From an uncultured Solirubrobacterales bacterium (GTDB lineage Bacteria > Actinomycetota > Thermoleophilia > Solirubrobacterales > Solirubrobacteraceae), in assembly GCA_963818795.1 (NCBI GenBank), contig CAWFTK010000002.1:504298-568297 (forward strand): DNA of 64,000 nucleotides, given 5' to 3'. Both the position numbers and the translations under genes were made by a program. The notes beneath the pieces are model-generated. The model ran no database searches and was not told where the DNA came from. It saw nothing but the letters and a program-made list of their open reading frames with translations. Positions 44,476-52,638 of the stretch are shown here, one piece after another (positions within the stretch are counted from its first letter, which is position 1; each line of letters opens with the position of its first letter).

Positions 44476-45717
44476 TCAGCCGTCCGCGAGCTCGACTAGC
44501 AACGCGTCCACCGCGTGCTCGTCGAGCTGCGTGCCTGCGACGCGGCGTAGCTCCGCGGTGGCCTCGACGGGCGTCCGCGCCGGTCGATAGGGGCGATCGG
44601 TGACGATCGCGTCGTAGGTGTCGCAGGCCGCGATGATGCGCGCCGCGAGCGGGATCTGCTCGCCCGCAAGACCATCCGGGTAGCCGCCCCCGTCCCAGCG
44701 CTCGTGACTCGCGCGGACCGCGGGCGCAAGGTGCGCGAAGGCGTCGATTCGCGCGACGAGGTCGCCGCCGCCGGCCGCGTGTGCGCGCATCACGACCCAC
44801 TCCTCATCCGTCAGCGGCCCGGCCTTCAGCAAGATCTCGCTGGGCACCGCGATCTTGCCGATGTCGTGGAGCATCGCCGCGTAGCGCACGTCGCGCGCTT
44901 GCGCGCGCGAGAGGCCCATCCGCAGCGCGACTCGCGCCGCGAGGCTCGCGACGTCCTCGCCATGGCAGGCCGTGTAGTCGTCCTTCGCCTCGACCGTGCT
45001 CGTGAGCGCCGCAAGGGTCGTGGTGAATGTGCGCTCCATATCGGCGAGCAGCCCCGCCCGGTGTACCGCCGCGCCGAGGCTCGCCGCAATCGTCTCGACG
45101 AGCACCGCATCGGCCTCCCCCAACGCGCCCGGCTCGACCGCCTCAATGTTGAGCACGCCCCACACCTCGCCATCGACAAAGATCGGCGCGCTCAGCTCCG
45201 AGCGCGGGTCGGTCTGGGGGTCACGCGCGATGTAGTCCGTATCGAGCTGCGTGTCAGGCACGAGCGCCGTGCTGCCCGAGCGCGCGACGCGACCGTTGAC
45301 CCCCACCGCGACGGGCTGCTCGACCAGCAGGAACTCGGTCATCACCTCCGCCAGTGGGCCCGCGCTTGCGATTAGGCGCAGCATCCCGTCACCGTCGAGG
45401 CGTTGCACGGCTGCTAGGTAAAAGGCAAACGTGCAGTGCAGCTCGTCGACGACCAGCCGCACCATATCCTCGATCTCCGTCGTAGCGGCAAGTCGCGCCG
45501 TGAGGTTTGCCGCCACGCGCAGCTGTGCCCGCAGGTAGCTGAGCTCGCCTGCGCTCGCCATTGTCTGTGCGCGCGTGTCGGCACGCTGGCGACGCAGCGC
45601 CTCGGCGCGCCGCTCGCGCTCGCGCGCGCCGGCCAGAGTCACGCCCCGTGGAGGCGTCTGCTTGCCGGCCGGCCCGGCGGGGGGCTTGACAGATAGCTGG
45701 GGCATCGCCGGTCGCAT
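44476..45717 (-). CDS. GAF-domain HD-GYP phosphohydrolase (probable c-di-GMP phosphodiesterase)
   Basis: HDIGKIAVP and HERWDGGGYPDG motifs, with a GAF-like region upstream. The start codon is uncertain. Confidence 0.85.
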   Translation of the reverse strand: MRPAMPQLSVKPPAGPAGKQTPPRGVTLAGARERERRAEALRRQRADTRAQTMASAGELSYLRAQLRVAANLTARLAATTEIEDMVRLVVDELHCTFAFYLAAVQRLDGDGMLRLIASAGPLAEVMTEFLLVEQPVAVGVNGRVARSGSTALVPDTQLDTDYIARDPQTDPRSELSAPIFVDGEVWGVLNIEAVEPGALGEADAVLVETIAASLGAAVHRAGLLADMERTFTTTLAALTSTVEAKDDYTACHGEDVASLAARVALRMGLSRAQARDVRYAAMLHDIGKIAVPSEILLKAGPLTDEEWVVMRAHAAGGGDLVARIDAFAHLAPAVRASHERWDGGGYPDGLAGEQIPLAARIIAACDTYDAIVTDRPYRPARTPVEATAELRRVAGTQLDEHAVDALLVELADG

Positions 45718-45756
45718 CGACCTGCGAGGGCCCGCGCTTGAGCGCAGCGCAGGGGA

Positions 45757-46695
45757 TTAGACGATCTGAGGGGTCCGCCGACCGCGTTCAATCCGGCGGC
45801 GCTCGACCGCTGCCACGCCCGCGAACTCCGCGGCACAGGAGCCGTATCTGAGCGTGTTAGGTACAAGCGGCCGCGTCAGGCGCCCCGCGGCGAGTGTCGC
45901 TGCGCATGCAGTGGCCTGTGCCCGCGTGTATCGCAGGCCGTAAAGCTCGCGCACCCGCGGCGGCAGCGAGCCGAGCAGCACCAGATCGTGCATTCGCTTG
46001 GCCAGCGCACGATTTGCCGACATCGGAATTTCAAAGGCCGAGGCGTAGCCCATGTAGCGGGCCTCCTCGGTGAGGAACAGGTCGGGGCCCGCGAGCTGAT
46101 CCTCATACCACGCGCGAAACGCGACATATGTCGCAGGCATCGCCGCGCGCGGAGTGCGAAAGAGCTCGGCGAAGCGCACGTAGTCCTGCCACAGCGCTTC
46201 AAGCTGCTCCTCGGCGAGGGTACGCACGAGATGCTCATAGAACCAGATCGCGGAGTCCGCGATCACCGCGACCGTCCACACCATCAGGTTCGGATCGAGC
46301 GCCGCGTAGGGAGTGCCGGCCGGATAATGCGCTCCGGCATCCTCGGGCAGCTCACCGACGACGCGCTCGTGCATGCGCTGCACAGCGCCGAGCACCTTAT
46401 CGGCCTCCTCGCGGGTGCCGAAGAAAACCGCCTCGAACATCGCCGCGGTGTGCGTGATACGTCGAAACGGTGTCGACTTGTTGCGTGTGTGCTCGCTGGT
46501 GCCCACGTAGTTCAGCGGCTTCACCGCGCCGATGCACAGCGCGCGCTGGCCATATAGGAGGCCCACCGCCTTCTCCTCGTGGACCGCTCGCAACATCGAG
46601 CGCCCACGTGGAAAGTATCCCTCGCCGGCCCCGCCGCCTGCCATAGCCTGAAGGTAGCGCATCCGCGTGCCACCGTGCAGGCACACTGGCTGCAC
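45757..46695 (-). CDS. oxygenase MpaB-family (DUF2236-like) protein
   Basis: 312-aa ORF with ordinary composition that resembles DUF2236 from memory. The start is uncertain. Confidence 0.6.
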   Translation of the reverse strand: MQPVCLHGGTRMRYLQAMAGGGAGEGYFPRGRSMLRAVHEEKAVGLLYGQRALCIGAVKPLNYVGTSEHTRNKSTPFRRITHTAAMFEAVFFGTREEADKVLGAVQRMHERVVGELPEDAGAHYPAGTPYAALDPNLMVWTVAVIADSAIWFYEHLVRTLAEEQLEALWQDYVRFAELFRTPRAAMPATYVAFRAWYEDQLAGPDLFLTEEARYMGYASAFEIPMSANRALAKRMHDLVLLGSLPPRVRELYGLRYTRAQATACAATLAAGRLTRPLVPNTLRYGSCAAEFAGVAAVERRRIERGRRTPQIV

Positions 46696-46749
46696 GGCCA
46701 GACACGACTCGTTCCGGTTCGGCGCCGGCCGGCGCGTATTGCACCTGAC

Positions 46750-47406
46750 TCAGCTGACCAAGGTCAACAGGGTATGTGCGGGGACGCCGCGCGCCGCAAG
46801 GATGCACGTGTGTCCCGCCTCGCGCCAGGTCACCACCGTCGCACCGCTCGCGTCGAGCACGTCAAAGCGCACACCGCCGCGGTCGACCACCGTGCCCGCC
46901 GCGGGTGTCGGGAGGGGGCTGCCCGCGACGATTGCGTACCCGATGCGCTTCCCGTCGGGCGCGGTGTAGAAGACCGTCGTGATCGCGCGGCCCTCGAGAC
47001 GATCGGTACGTGCGCCAGCCGCCGGCCAACCGCGCTGCCCCCCCCAGTACGGGAAGCTCGTCCCTTCCACCGATCTCGCCAGCACCCCATGCTGGCGAGG
47101 GTTCTCCGCGGGGGCCGCGAGCTGCGCGGGCTCGAGCGCCACCCGCGCGGCCTCGAGCGCCGTCGGAGTGTGCGGCGAGCCGCCAGCCAATACGAGCAGC
47201 ACCGCTGCCGTAGCGCCCGCCGCCAGCGCTCCGGCGCCGGCCAATCGCAGAGCAGGTACACGCCGGCGCCGTCTGGGTGGGGCGCTGCCCACGAGCTGCT
47301 CAATCGAGCGGTGCAGCGAAGCCGGGGCGCATACGGCATCCAACGAGCGGATGCTCGCGAGCGTCTCCCGCTCGGCCTCGATATCGCTGGATTCTCTATG
47401 AGTCAT
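46750..47406 (-). CDS. putative anti-sigma factor (single-pass membrane protein)
   Basis: The start overlaps the ECF sigma stop by 11 nt. Layout is a cytoplasmic N-domain, one TM (AGALAAGATAAVLLVLAGG), then an extracytoplasmic domain. The call is mostly positional. Confidence 0.5.
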   Translation of the reverse strand: MTHRESSDIEAERETLASIRSLDAVCAPASLHRSIEQLVGSAPPRRRRRVPALRLAGAGALAAGATAAVLLVLAGGSPHTPTALEAARVALEPAQLAAPAENPRQHGVLARSVEGTSFPYWGGQRGWPAAGARTDRLEGRAITTVFYTAPDGKRIGYAIVAGSPLPTPAAGTVVDRGGVRFDVLDASGATVVTWREAGHTCILAARGVPAHTLLTLVS

Positions 47407-48034
47407 TGGCAGCCTCACCTGCAAGGACGCCACCGGCGCCGGCAAGCTTCCCACGCTGCGCAGCGCCGGTCGACTGTGAGCTGCGAGTCGCAGCCGGCAC
47501 CTGCGAGGTAGCCGGTGAGCTGGCGCCCTCGGTCTGCGCGCCTCGCCCGCGGTCGAGATTCTTCGCAAGTTGCTCGCGCGCCCGAAAGACGCGGGTCGCG
47601 ATCGTCGCCTCGCGGGTACCGAGTGCCTTGGCGGCCTCGCGGTAGGAGAGGCCCGCGACATCGACCGCGACAAGCGCCAGCCGGTGGTTCTCGGCGAGCT
47701 CGGAGATCGCGGAGAAGACTTCGCGTGTCTGCAGCGCCTCCTCGGGACGCTCACCGGTGCGGGGGTCCATCGGTTCGAGTTCCTCAAGCGTCGTCACCCC
47801 CGCGCGCGGCCGCCGCGCGGCTGTGCGGCGCTGTGTTAGAAAGGTGTTGCGTAGCGCCTGCATCAGGTACGCGAGCTCGTCCTGGCCACGCATGAGGCGG
47901 GGGCGCGCGAGGACACGCGAGAACGTCTCCTGCACGAGATCCTCGGCGTCGTGAGGCGAGCCGCAGAGCGCCCACGCGGCCCGGTACAGGCGATCTATGT
48001 GTTGGGGCAGCGACTGAGGGTCGAGCCGAGACAT
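47396..48034 (-). CDS. ECF (group 4) sigma factor
   Basis: Region 2 DAEDLVQETF and region 4 LSYREAAKALGTREATIATRVFRAREQL. ATG at 48034. Confidence 0.85.
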   Translation of the reverse strand: MSRLDPQSLPQHIDRLYRAAWALCGSPHDAEDLVQETFSRVLARPRLMRGQDELAYLMQALRNTFLTQRRTAARRPRAGVTTLEELEPMDPRTGERPEEALQTREVFSAISELAENHRLALVAVDVAGLSYREAAKALGTREATIATRVFRAREQLAKNLDRGRGAQTEGASSPATSQVPAATRSSQSTGAAQRGKLAGAGGVLAGEAANDS

Positions 48035-48190
48035 CCCTCGCACGACTGTAGCGGCATCGCACAGCCGGTTGGTGAGAGGGAAGTATGGGCGTGCTGGCGG
48101 CGTCTGGGATGGTGAGGCAGCCATACGCCCTCAAATCAAGACGGCAGGAGGTCGATAACTCGTGATCGAGGCCTACGAGAGGAGCACCAG

Positions 48191-48562
48191 ATGCGCAGGC
48201 AGGTAACCCATGCCGCGATCGCGCTCGGCGCCGTCGCGGCAATCGCGCTGCCCGCCGTCGCCGTGGGCGGCGTGAGCGCCGGTGGAGCGAGCGGCGGCGA
48301 CGGGCGCCTCGCCGGGAGCCACACGGTCGTGTTGAAAAACATTCGCTTCCACCCGAGCACGCTTTCGATCCGCAGCGGTGAAAGCGTGACTTGGCTCTGG
48401 CGCGACGAAGGCGTCGCGCACAATGTGACCGCGAGCAGTTTCCGCTCCCGCACACAGACCAATGGCTCATTCACCGTGCGCTTCACCCATGTCGGCACGT
48501 TCAACTACCGCTGTACGATTCACGCCGCCGAAGGGATGAGGGGCAAGGTTATCGTTCACTGA
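48191..48562 (+). CDS. secreted cupredoxin (type-1 blue copper protein)
   Basis: Signal peptide, then ligand pattern H (AHNV) ... C-x2-H-x4-M (CTIHAAEGM). SD GAGAGGAG lies upstream. Confidence 0.8.
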   Translation: MRRQVTHAAIALGAVAAIALPAVAVGGVSAGGASGGDGRLAGSHTVVLKNIRFHPSTLSIRSGESVTWLWRDEGVAHNVTASSFRSRTQTNGSFTVRFTHVGTFNYRCTIHAAEGMRGKVIVH

Positions 48563-48651
48563 TCCGTCCGGCAGGCACCAGCGGTGGTCGAGCAGGGATC
48601 ACTCGGCCACTGCCCCCCGGTGCACCTGCAAGTGCCGGCGCCCGCGGTTGG

Positions 48652-48858
48652 TCAGTCGCGACGCTGCTCGACCAGCAGTGCGAAGGTCGGGCATGCCTGC
48701 GCGGCGCGCTGCGCATGCGCGAGCAGCTCAGCCGAGAGCGGCTTTCCGTCGAGTACCGGATAGCCCCACTCGTCGAGGGAGATTCGCTCCGGCAGGAGCT
48801 CCGCGCACATTCCGTGCGCCTCGCACGCGATCGGATTCACGCGCAGGCGGTGTTTCAT
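48652..48858 (-). CDS. small ferredoxin, CxxHxxC...CP (3Fe-4S-type) motif
   Basis: 68 aa from the ATG at 48858: IACEAHGMC ... QACP. The start overlaps the upstream stop (ATGA). Confidence 0.7.
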   Translation of the reverse strand: MKHRLRVNPIACEAHGMCAELLPERISLDEWGYPVLDGKPLSAELLAHAQRAAQACPTFALLVEQRRD

Positions 48859-50222
48859 CTCGCGCTCACCGGCTCGCGCACCGTTCGGCCCGGCGAGCGT
48901 TTGGCAGCGGATGCACGCGGTCGGGGTAGCTCTGAGGGGCGCTCGCAGGCGGCACACGGACCGTGGCGTGCGTGATCGTCGAGCTCCTCGGCGAAGACCT
49001 CCAGGGCGCTGGAGACCAGGCGGGCGGCGCCGTCGGGATGGCTACAGGCGCCACGGCCGCGCACCAGTGAGCTGAGCGACGCCAACCGTCGCTGCGCCTG
49101 GGGCTCTGCGGTGCCGAGGACGAGTTGCTCGACGGTGTTCGCGATCGCATCGAGGCCGAAGAGGCAGGGGCCGCATTGGCGCGCGCTCTGCGAGGCAAGC
49201 CAGCGCGTCAGACGCGCGAGCTCGGCCACGGGGCACACCTCGTCGGAGAGCAGCACGATCACACCGGCGCCGAGCGAGGCGCCGTGGGGCGCGAGCTGCT
49301 CGTCGGAGAGTGCCACGCCATGCAGCAGGCCTCCGTCGACCCAGGCGCCGGCATAGCCCCCGAGCAGCAGTGCACGCGGCCGACCCGCGATGCCGCCCGC
49401 GGCATCGATCAAGGCCGGGAGCGGCGAGCCGAGCTCGATCTCGTAGACCCCCGGGTAGGCCAGCCCCGCGCCGGAGAGCGTAACCAGCGCCGAGCCCGGT
49501 TGCGAGGCGATTCCTAGCTCGCGAAACCAATCCGGTCCGTGGCGGGCGATCAACGCCATGTGCGCAAGTGTCTCCGCATTGCTGACCAGCGTCGGACGGC
49601 GACGCACCCCGCGCTCGAACGGCAGCGGCGGTGTGAACGTCGGGATCGCCGGGCCCCCGTTGAGGTGATTGACGAGCGCCGACTCCTGGCCCGCGACGTA
49701 GCGGTTAGGCACTGTCGCCAGCCGCACGCGGGGCGCGCCGCGGTGCCGGTGTGACGCGCGTTCGCTCAGCGCGTCGCTGACGTCCCGAAGTGCTCCGGTG
49801 GCCGTCTCGCAGACGCAGAGAACGATCTCATCGGCACCCACCGCGCGTGCGGCGAGCTCGCCGCCATCGAGGACGAGATGCGGAAGTGACAGCAGGGTGC
49901 GGTCCTTGAAGCTCGCCGGCTCACCCTCGGCCGCATTGACGACGACGATCGGACGCCCCCGCGCTCCGGCCACCGCCCGCAGCTTGGCGCCCGCCGGGAA
50001 ACCTCCGCCGCCGCGTCCGCGCAGCCCGGCGAGCTCCACCTGCTCGATTAGGGTCGCCGCCCCGCGGCGCTTGCGCCCGGTGAACGTGGGCAGCTCGCCA
50101 TGCAACGCGAGGTGCTCGCGCAGATTCAACGCTCCGTGTGCTGGCATCCCCGCCAACAGCCGCGGCAGGCCGGGCTCGGACTGTACGGCGCCCGCGCGCG
50201 CCTGCGCTTCGCCGAAGCTCAT
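48855..50222 (-). CDS. NuoF-like NAD(P)H-oxidising flavoprotein (FMN/NADH site, SLBB, Fe-S region)
   Basis: GLRGRGGGGFPAGAKL, VVNAAEGEPASFKDRTLL, NAETLAHMALI, then QCGPC ... GACSHPDG. ATG at 50222. Confidence 0.8.
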   Translation of the reverse strand: MSFGEAQARAGAVQSEPGLPRLLAGMPAHGALNLREHLALHGELPTFTGRKRRGAATLIEQVELAGLRGRGGGGFPAGAKLRAVAGARGRPIVVVNAAEGEPASFKDRTLLSLPHLVLDGGELAARAVGADEIVLCVCETATGALRDVSDALSERASHRHRGAPRVRLATVPNRYVAGQESALVNHLNGGPAIPTFTPPLPFERGVRRRPTLVSNAETLAHMALIARHGPDWFRELGIASQPGSALVTLSGAGLAYPGVYEIELGSPLPALIDAAGGIAGRPRALLLGGYAGAWVDGGLLHGVALSDEQLAPHGASLGAGVIVLLSDEVCPVAELARLTRWLASQSARQCGPCLFGLDAIANTVEQLVLGTAEPQAQRRLASLSSLVRGRGACSHPDGAARLVSSALEVFAEELDDHARHGPCAACERPSELPRPRASAAKRSPGRTVREPVSAR

Positions 50223-50956
50223 CGACTGCCACCGGACCCTTGTGTGCTGCTGCTCTTGTGACCTAGGAGTGCGGGCGGCGTGCCCGAGCGGCGCGCCCAT
50301 TCCGAGCCCAGCGGCCCACGGGGCAGCCACAGCAGCAAGCCAAGCGCGAAGATCGCGACCCCGCCGATTGCGGCGCCACGCCCGCGAGCGCTCGTGCCCG
50401 TCCACCCCGAGAGCGCGCGTGCGATCACGGCTGCCACGACCAGCGCCAGACACCCCACCGCTACCACCAGCAGCCACGAGCTCTTGACGTCGCTGCCCGT
50501 CCCCAGCGAGTGCAGCAGTGCGATTGGCCAGCACGCGTAGGCAAGCCAGTGCGTCGCTCGCCAGGCCGCGTGCCCGATGCGCTGGCGCAGGACGCTCGTC
50601 AGGATCAGCGCGAGCGTCAGATCGAAGGCGATCGCGCCGAGTCCTAGCCACAGGGGTCTGTAGCTGCTGATGAACGGCACGAATGCCGCGGTCAGCGAGA
50701 TCGGCGCGAAGCTGTCGAGCACCGCCGTCAGAATGTGCAGGACGAGGAAGATCAGCGCCAGCAGTGAGACGTTGCGATGCAGCGAATCGACGATGAAGCG
50801 CGGCCAGCTAGGTGTGCTCAGGCGCTGGACGTCGGCGATGCCGAGCGCCAGTGAGCCGGTGAGCAGCAGCAGCGCGACCGCCCCCGTGGAGCGGGTCAGA
50901 TACCAGTCGAGCTTCGAGCCGCTCGTCGTCGCGAGTGCGGGTAGAAGCGCGCTCAT
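50219..50956 (-). CDS. ferric-reductase-type (NOX/FRE/MsrQ-like) bis-heme transmembrane protein without a dehydrogenase domain
   Basis: About 6 TM helices. HRNVSLLALIFLVLH (H-x13-H) and HWLAYACWPIALLH (H-x12-H). ATGA overlaps at both ends. Confidence 0.7.
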   Translation of the reverse strand: MSALLPALATTSGSKLDWYLTRSTGAVALLLLTGSLALGIADVQRLSTPSWPRFIVDSLHRNVSLLALIFLVLHILTAVLDSFAPISLTAAFVPFISSYRPLWLGLGAIAFDLTLALILTSVLRQRIGHAAWRATHWLAYACWPIALLHSLGTGSDVKSSWLLVVAVGCLALVVAAVIARALSGWTGTSARGRGAAIGGVAIFALGLLLWLPRGPLGSEWARRSGTPPALLGHKSSSTQGSGGSR

Positions 50957-51960
50957 GCCGCATCGCTCAACTCTGAGCCGCACTCGGGCCTGGCGCTAGT
51001 GGGCCAGCCCGCGATATGCCGCACCCCGCCGCGATGGTCGACTAGTCGTGCCGGTAGCTCGCTTCGCTCCAGCCACGCCGCCACGGTGTCATCGCCCCGG
51101 ACGAGCGTCGCGGTGCTCGCGATATTCGCGTCCGTGCAATCCGCAGCGGCCACGCTCACGGTTCGCCAGGCGCCGCTGGCCGGTATACCCGTGTCCGGAT
51201 CGATGATGTGGTGCATGCTCGTGCCGCCGCGGCGCCAGCGGCGTGTGACGGTGCTCGAGGTCGCAATGCCACCGGAGAAAATCGCGATCGTCTGGCCGGG
51301 TGCCTGGGGGCCGGCTCGATGGTCGTCGGTTACGTGGATACGCCAGCCATCGACCGGAGCGCTCCCGGCAGTCGCGATATCGCCGCCGATGCCGAGAAGC
51401 ACGCCACAGTCGCATGCCGCGCTGGCGGCGGTCGCGGCACGATCGGCGGCCCACGCTTTGGCGCTCGCGCCTAGGTCGAGCGCGATCCCGCGGGGAATGC
51501 GAACGCTCGCCGTGGCGGCATCGAGCTCAACGGTCTCCCAGCCCCTGCATATCCGCGCCTGGACGGTCGCCACGCGTGGGCGCAGCGGATCGGTCGCGAC
51601 GTCCGTCGCGATGGGCTCCAGTAGCCGCCAGTCACGGTCATAGCCAGCGAGTACCAGTGCCGCTCCGACCGTCGGGTCGACGGCACCCTCGGTTAGCTCG
51701 GCGGCGCGCAACGCGATCTGCAGTGCCTCGATTAGCAGCGAGGCGACCCGCACCGCGCGCCCACCCGCGTGCGCGTTCACGCGCGTGAGATCGGAGTCCG
51801 CACGAAATCGGCTGCACGCGCGATCGATCGCGTCGAGCTCGGCGGCCACCACGCCTCGCGCGCGGGCAAGACATAGGGGGTCGCTCACGCGCAGAACAAC
51901 GCTCGTGGCAAATGCTTCCCAGCGCGCCGTCGCGAGGCCCTTCTCGCACAAAGCGCTCAT
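50953..51960 (-). CDS. apbE: FAD:protein FMN transferase (ApbE family)
   Basis: AVDPTVG, ALDLGASAKAWAAD, GGIATS and HHIIDPDTG motifs. Confidence 0.85.
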   Translation of the reverse strand: MSALCEKGLATARWEAFATSVVLRVSDPLCLARARGVVAAELDAIDRACSRFRADSDLTRVNAHAGGRAVRVASLLIEALQIALRAAELTEGAVDPTVGAALVLAGYDRDWRLLEPIATDVATDPLRPRVATVQARICRGWETVELDAATASVRIPRGIALDLGASAKAWAADRAATAASAACDCGVLLGIGGDIATAGSAPVDGWRIHVTDDHRAGPQAPGQTIAIFSGGIATSSTVTRRWRRGGTSMHHIIDPDTGIPASGAWRTVSVAAADCTDANIASTATLVRGDDTVAAWLERSELPARLVDHRGGVRHIAGWPTSARPECGSELSDAA

Positions 51961-52478
51961 GATCCGCCGGAGGTTACCGGCGCCGATTCCTGAGTTGGCG
52001 CACTGGAGGTTTCCGGGGCCGGCGCCGATTCCCGGGCCGGTGCCGATTCTTGCGCCGGCGCGGATGTTTCAGCCGGAGTGGATTCCGGTGCGGGCGCCGA
52101 TTCTTGCGCGGGAGCGGATTCCTGCGTAGGGGTCGATTGCTGAGATGGCGTTTCTGCTTGCGGGGCGGCGGCTTCTCGGGAAGGAACGCTGGTCGTCGGC
52201 GTTTCGCTCGATCGCGGTTTCTGGGCGGGGGGCTTCAGTGCTCCGCTGGCGCGGCTTGCGCTCCCGCGGGCCGTGCTGCCGGGACGCGTTGCGCTGTTGG
52301 CGGCCCCCGCAGTGGCGGCTCTGCCTGGGAAGGCGTTCGCGGCGACCGCCGTGAACGCACCCGTAAGCGCCGCGCTACCGGCGATCAGCCAGCGGTTGAG
52401 ACGGCCCAGGCGACGCAGCGCGGCGTCACGGGTGCGGGTGCTGTGCGGGTTTTGAGTTGGGGGAGTCTCGTGGCTCAT
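51957..52478 (-). CDS. membrane-anchored low-complexity (Pro/Ser/Thr/Ala/Glu repeat) protein
   Basis: One TM helix (WLIAGSAALTGAFTAVAANAF) followed by a tail with degenerate (Q/P)ESAPA repeats. The stop overlaps the apbE start. Confidence 0.5.
   Translation of the reverse strand: MSHETPPTQNPHSTRTRDAALRRLGRLNRWLIAGSAALTGAFTAVAANAFPGRAATAGAANSATRPGSTARGSASRASGALKPPAQKPRSSETPTTSVPSREAAAPQAETPSQQSTPTQESAPAQESAPAPESTPAETSAPAQESAPARESAPAPETSSAPTQESAPVTSGGS
51975..52154 (-). repeat. degenerate in-frame tandem repeats encoding QESAPA / PESTPA / RESAPA units
   Basis: Visible at DNA level as repeated gccgattc(c/t)(t/c)g.g..gg units and at protein level as ...TQESAPAQESAPAPESTPAETSAPAQESAPARESAPAPETSSAPTQESAP. 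Confidence 0.7.
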
Positions 52479-52638
52479 GGCGGATGACTTGGAAGGAGCT
52501 GTCCATCAGTGTGCAACGGGAGATAAAGCAGCGACTAAAGGAGGTGTGAGAAGTTCCATAGAACTTGGCTGGATTGAGGCCTACATCTGTGCCCCATCTC
52601 CGGCCAGTACACCGGCGCTCGCGGCCTCTCTGTCGGTG

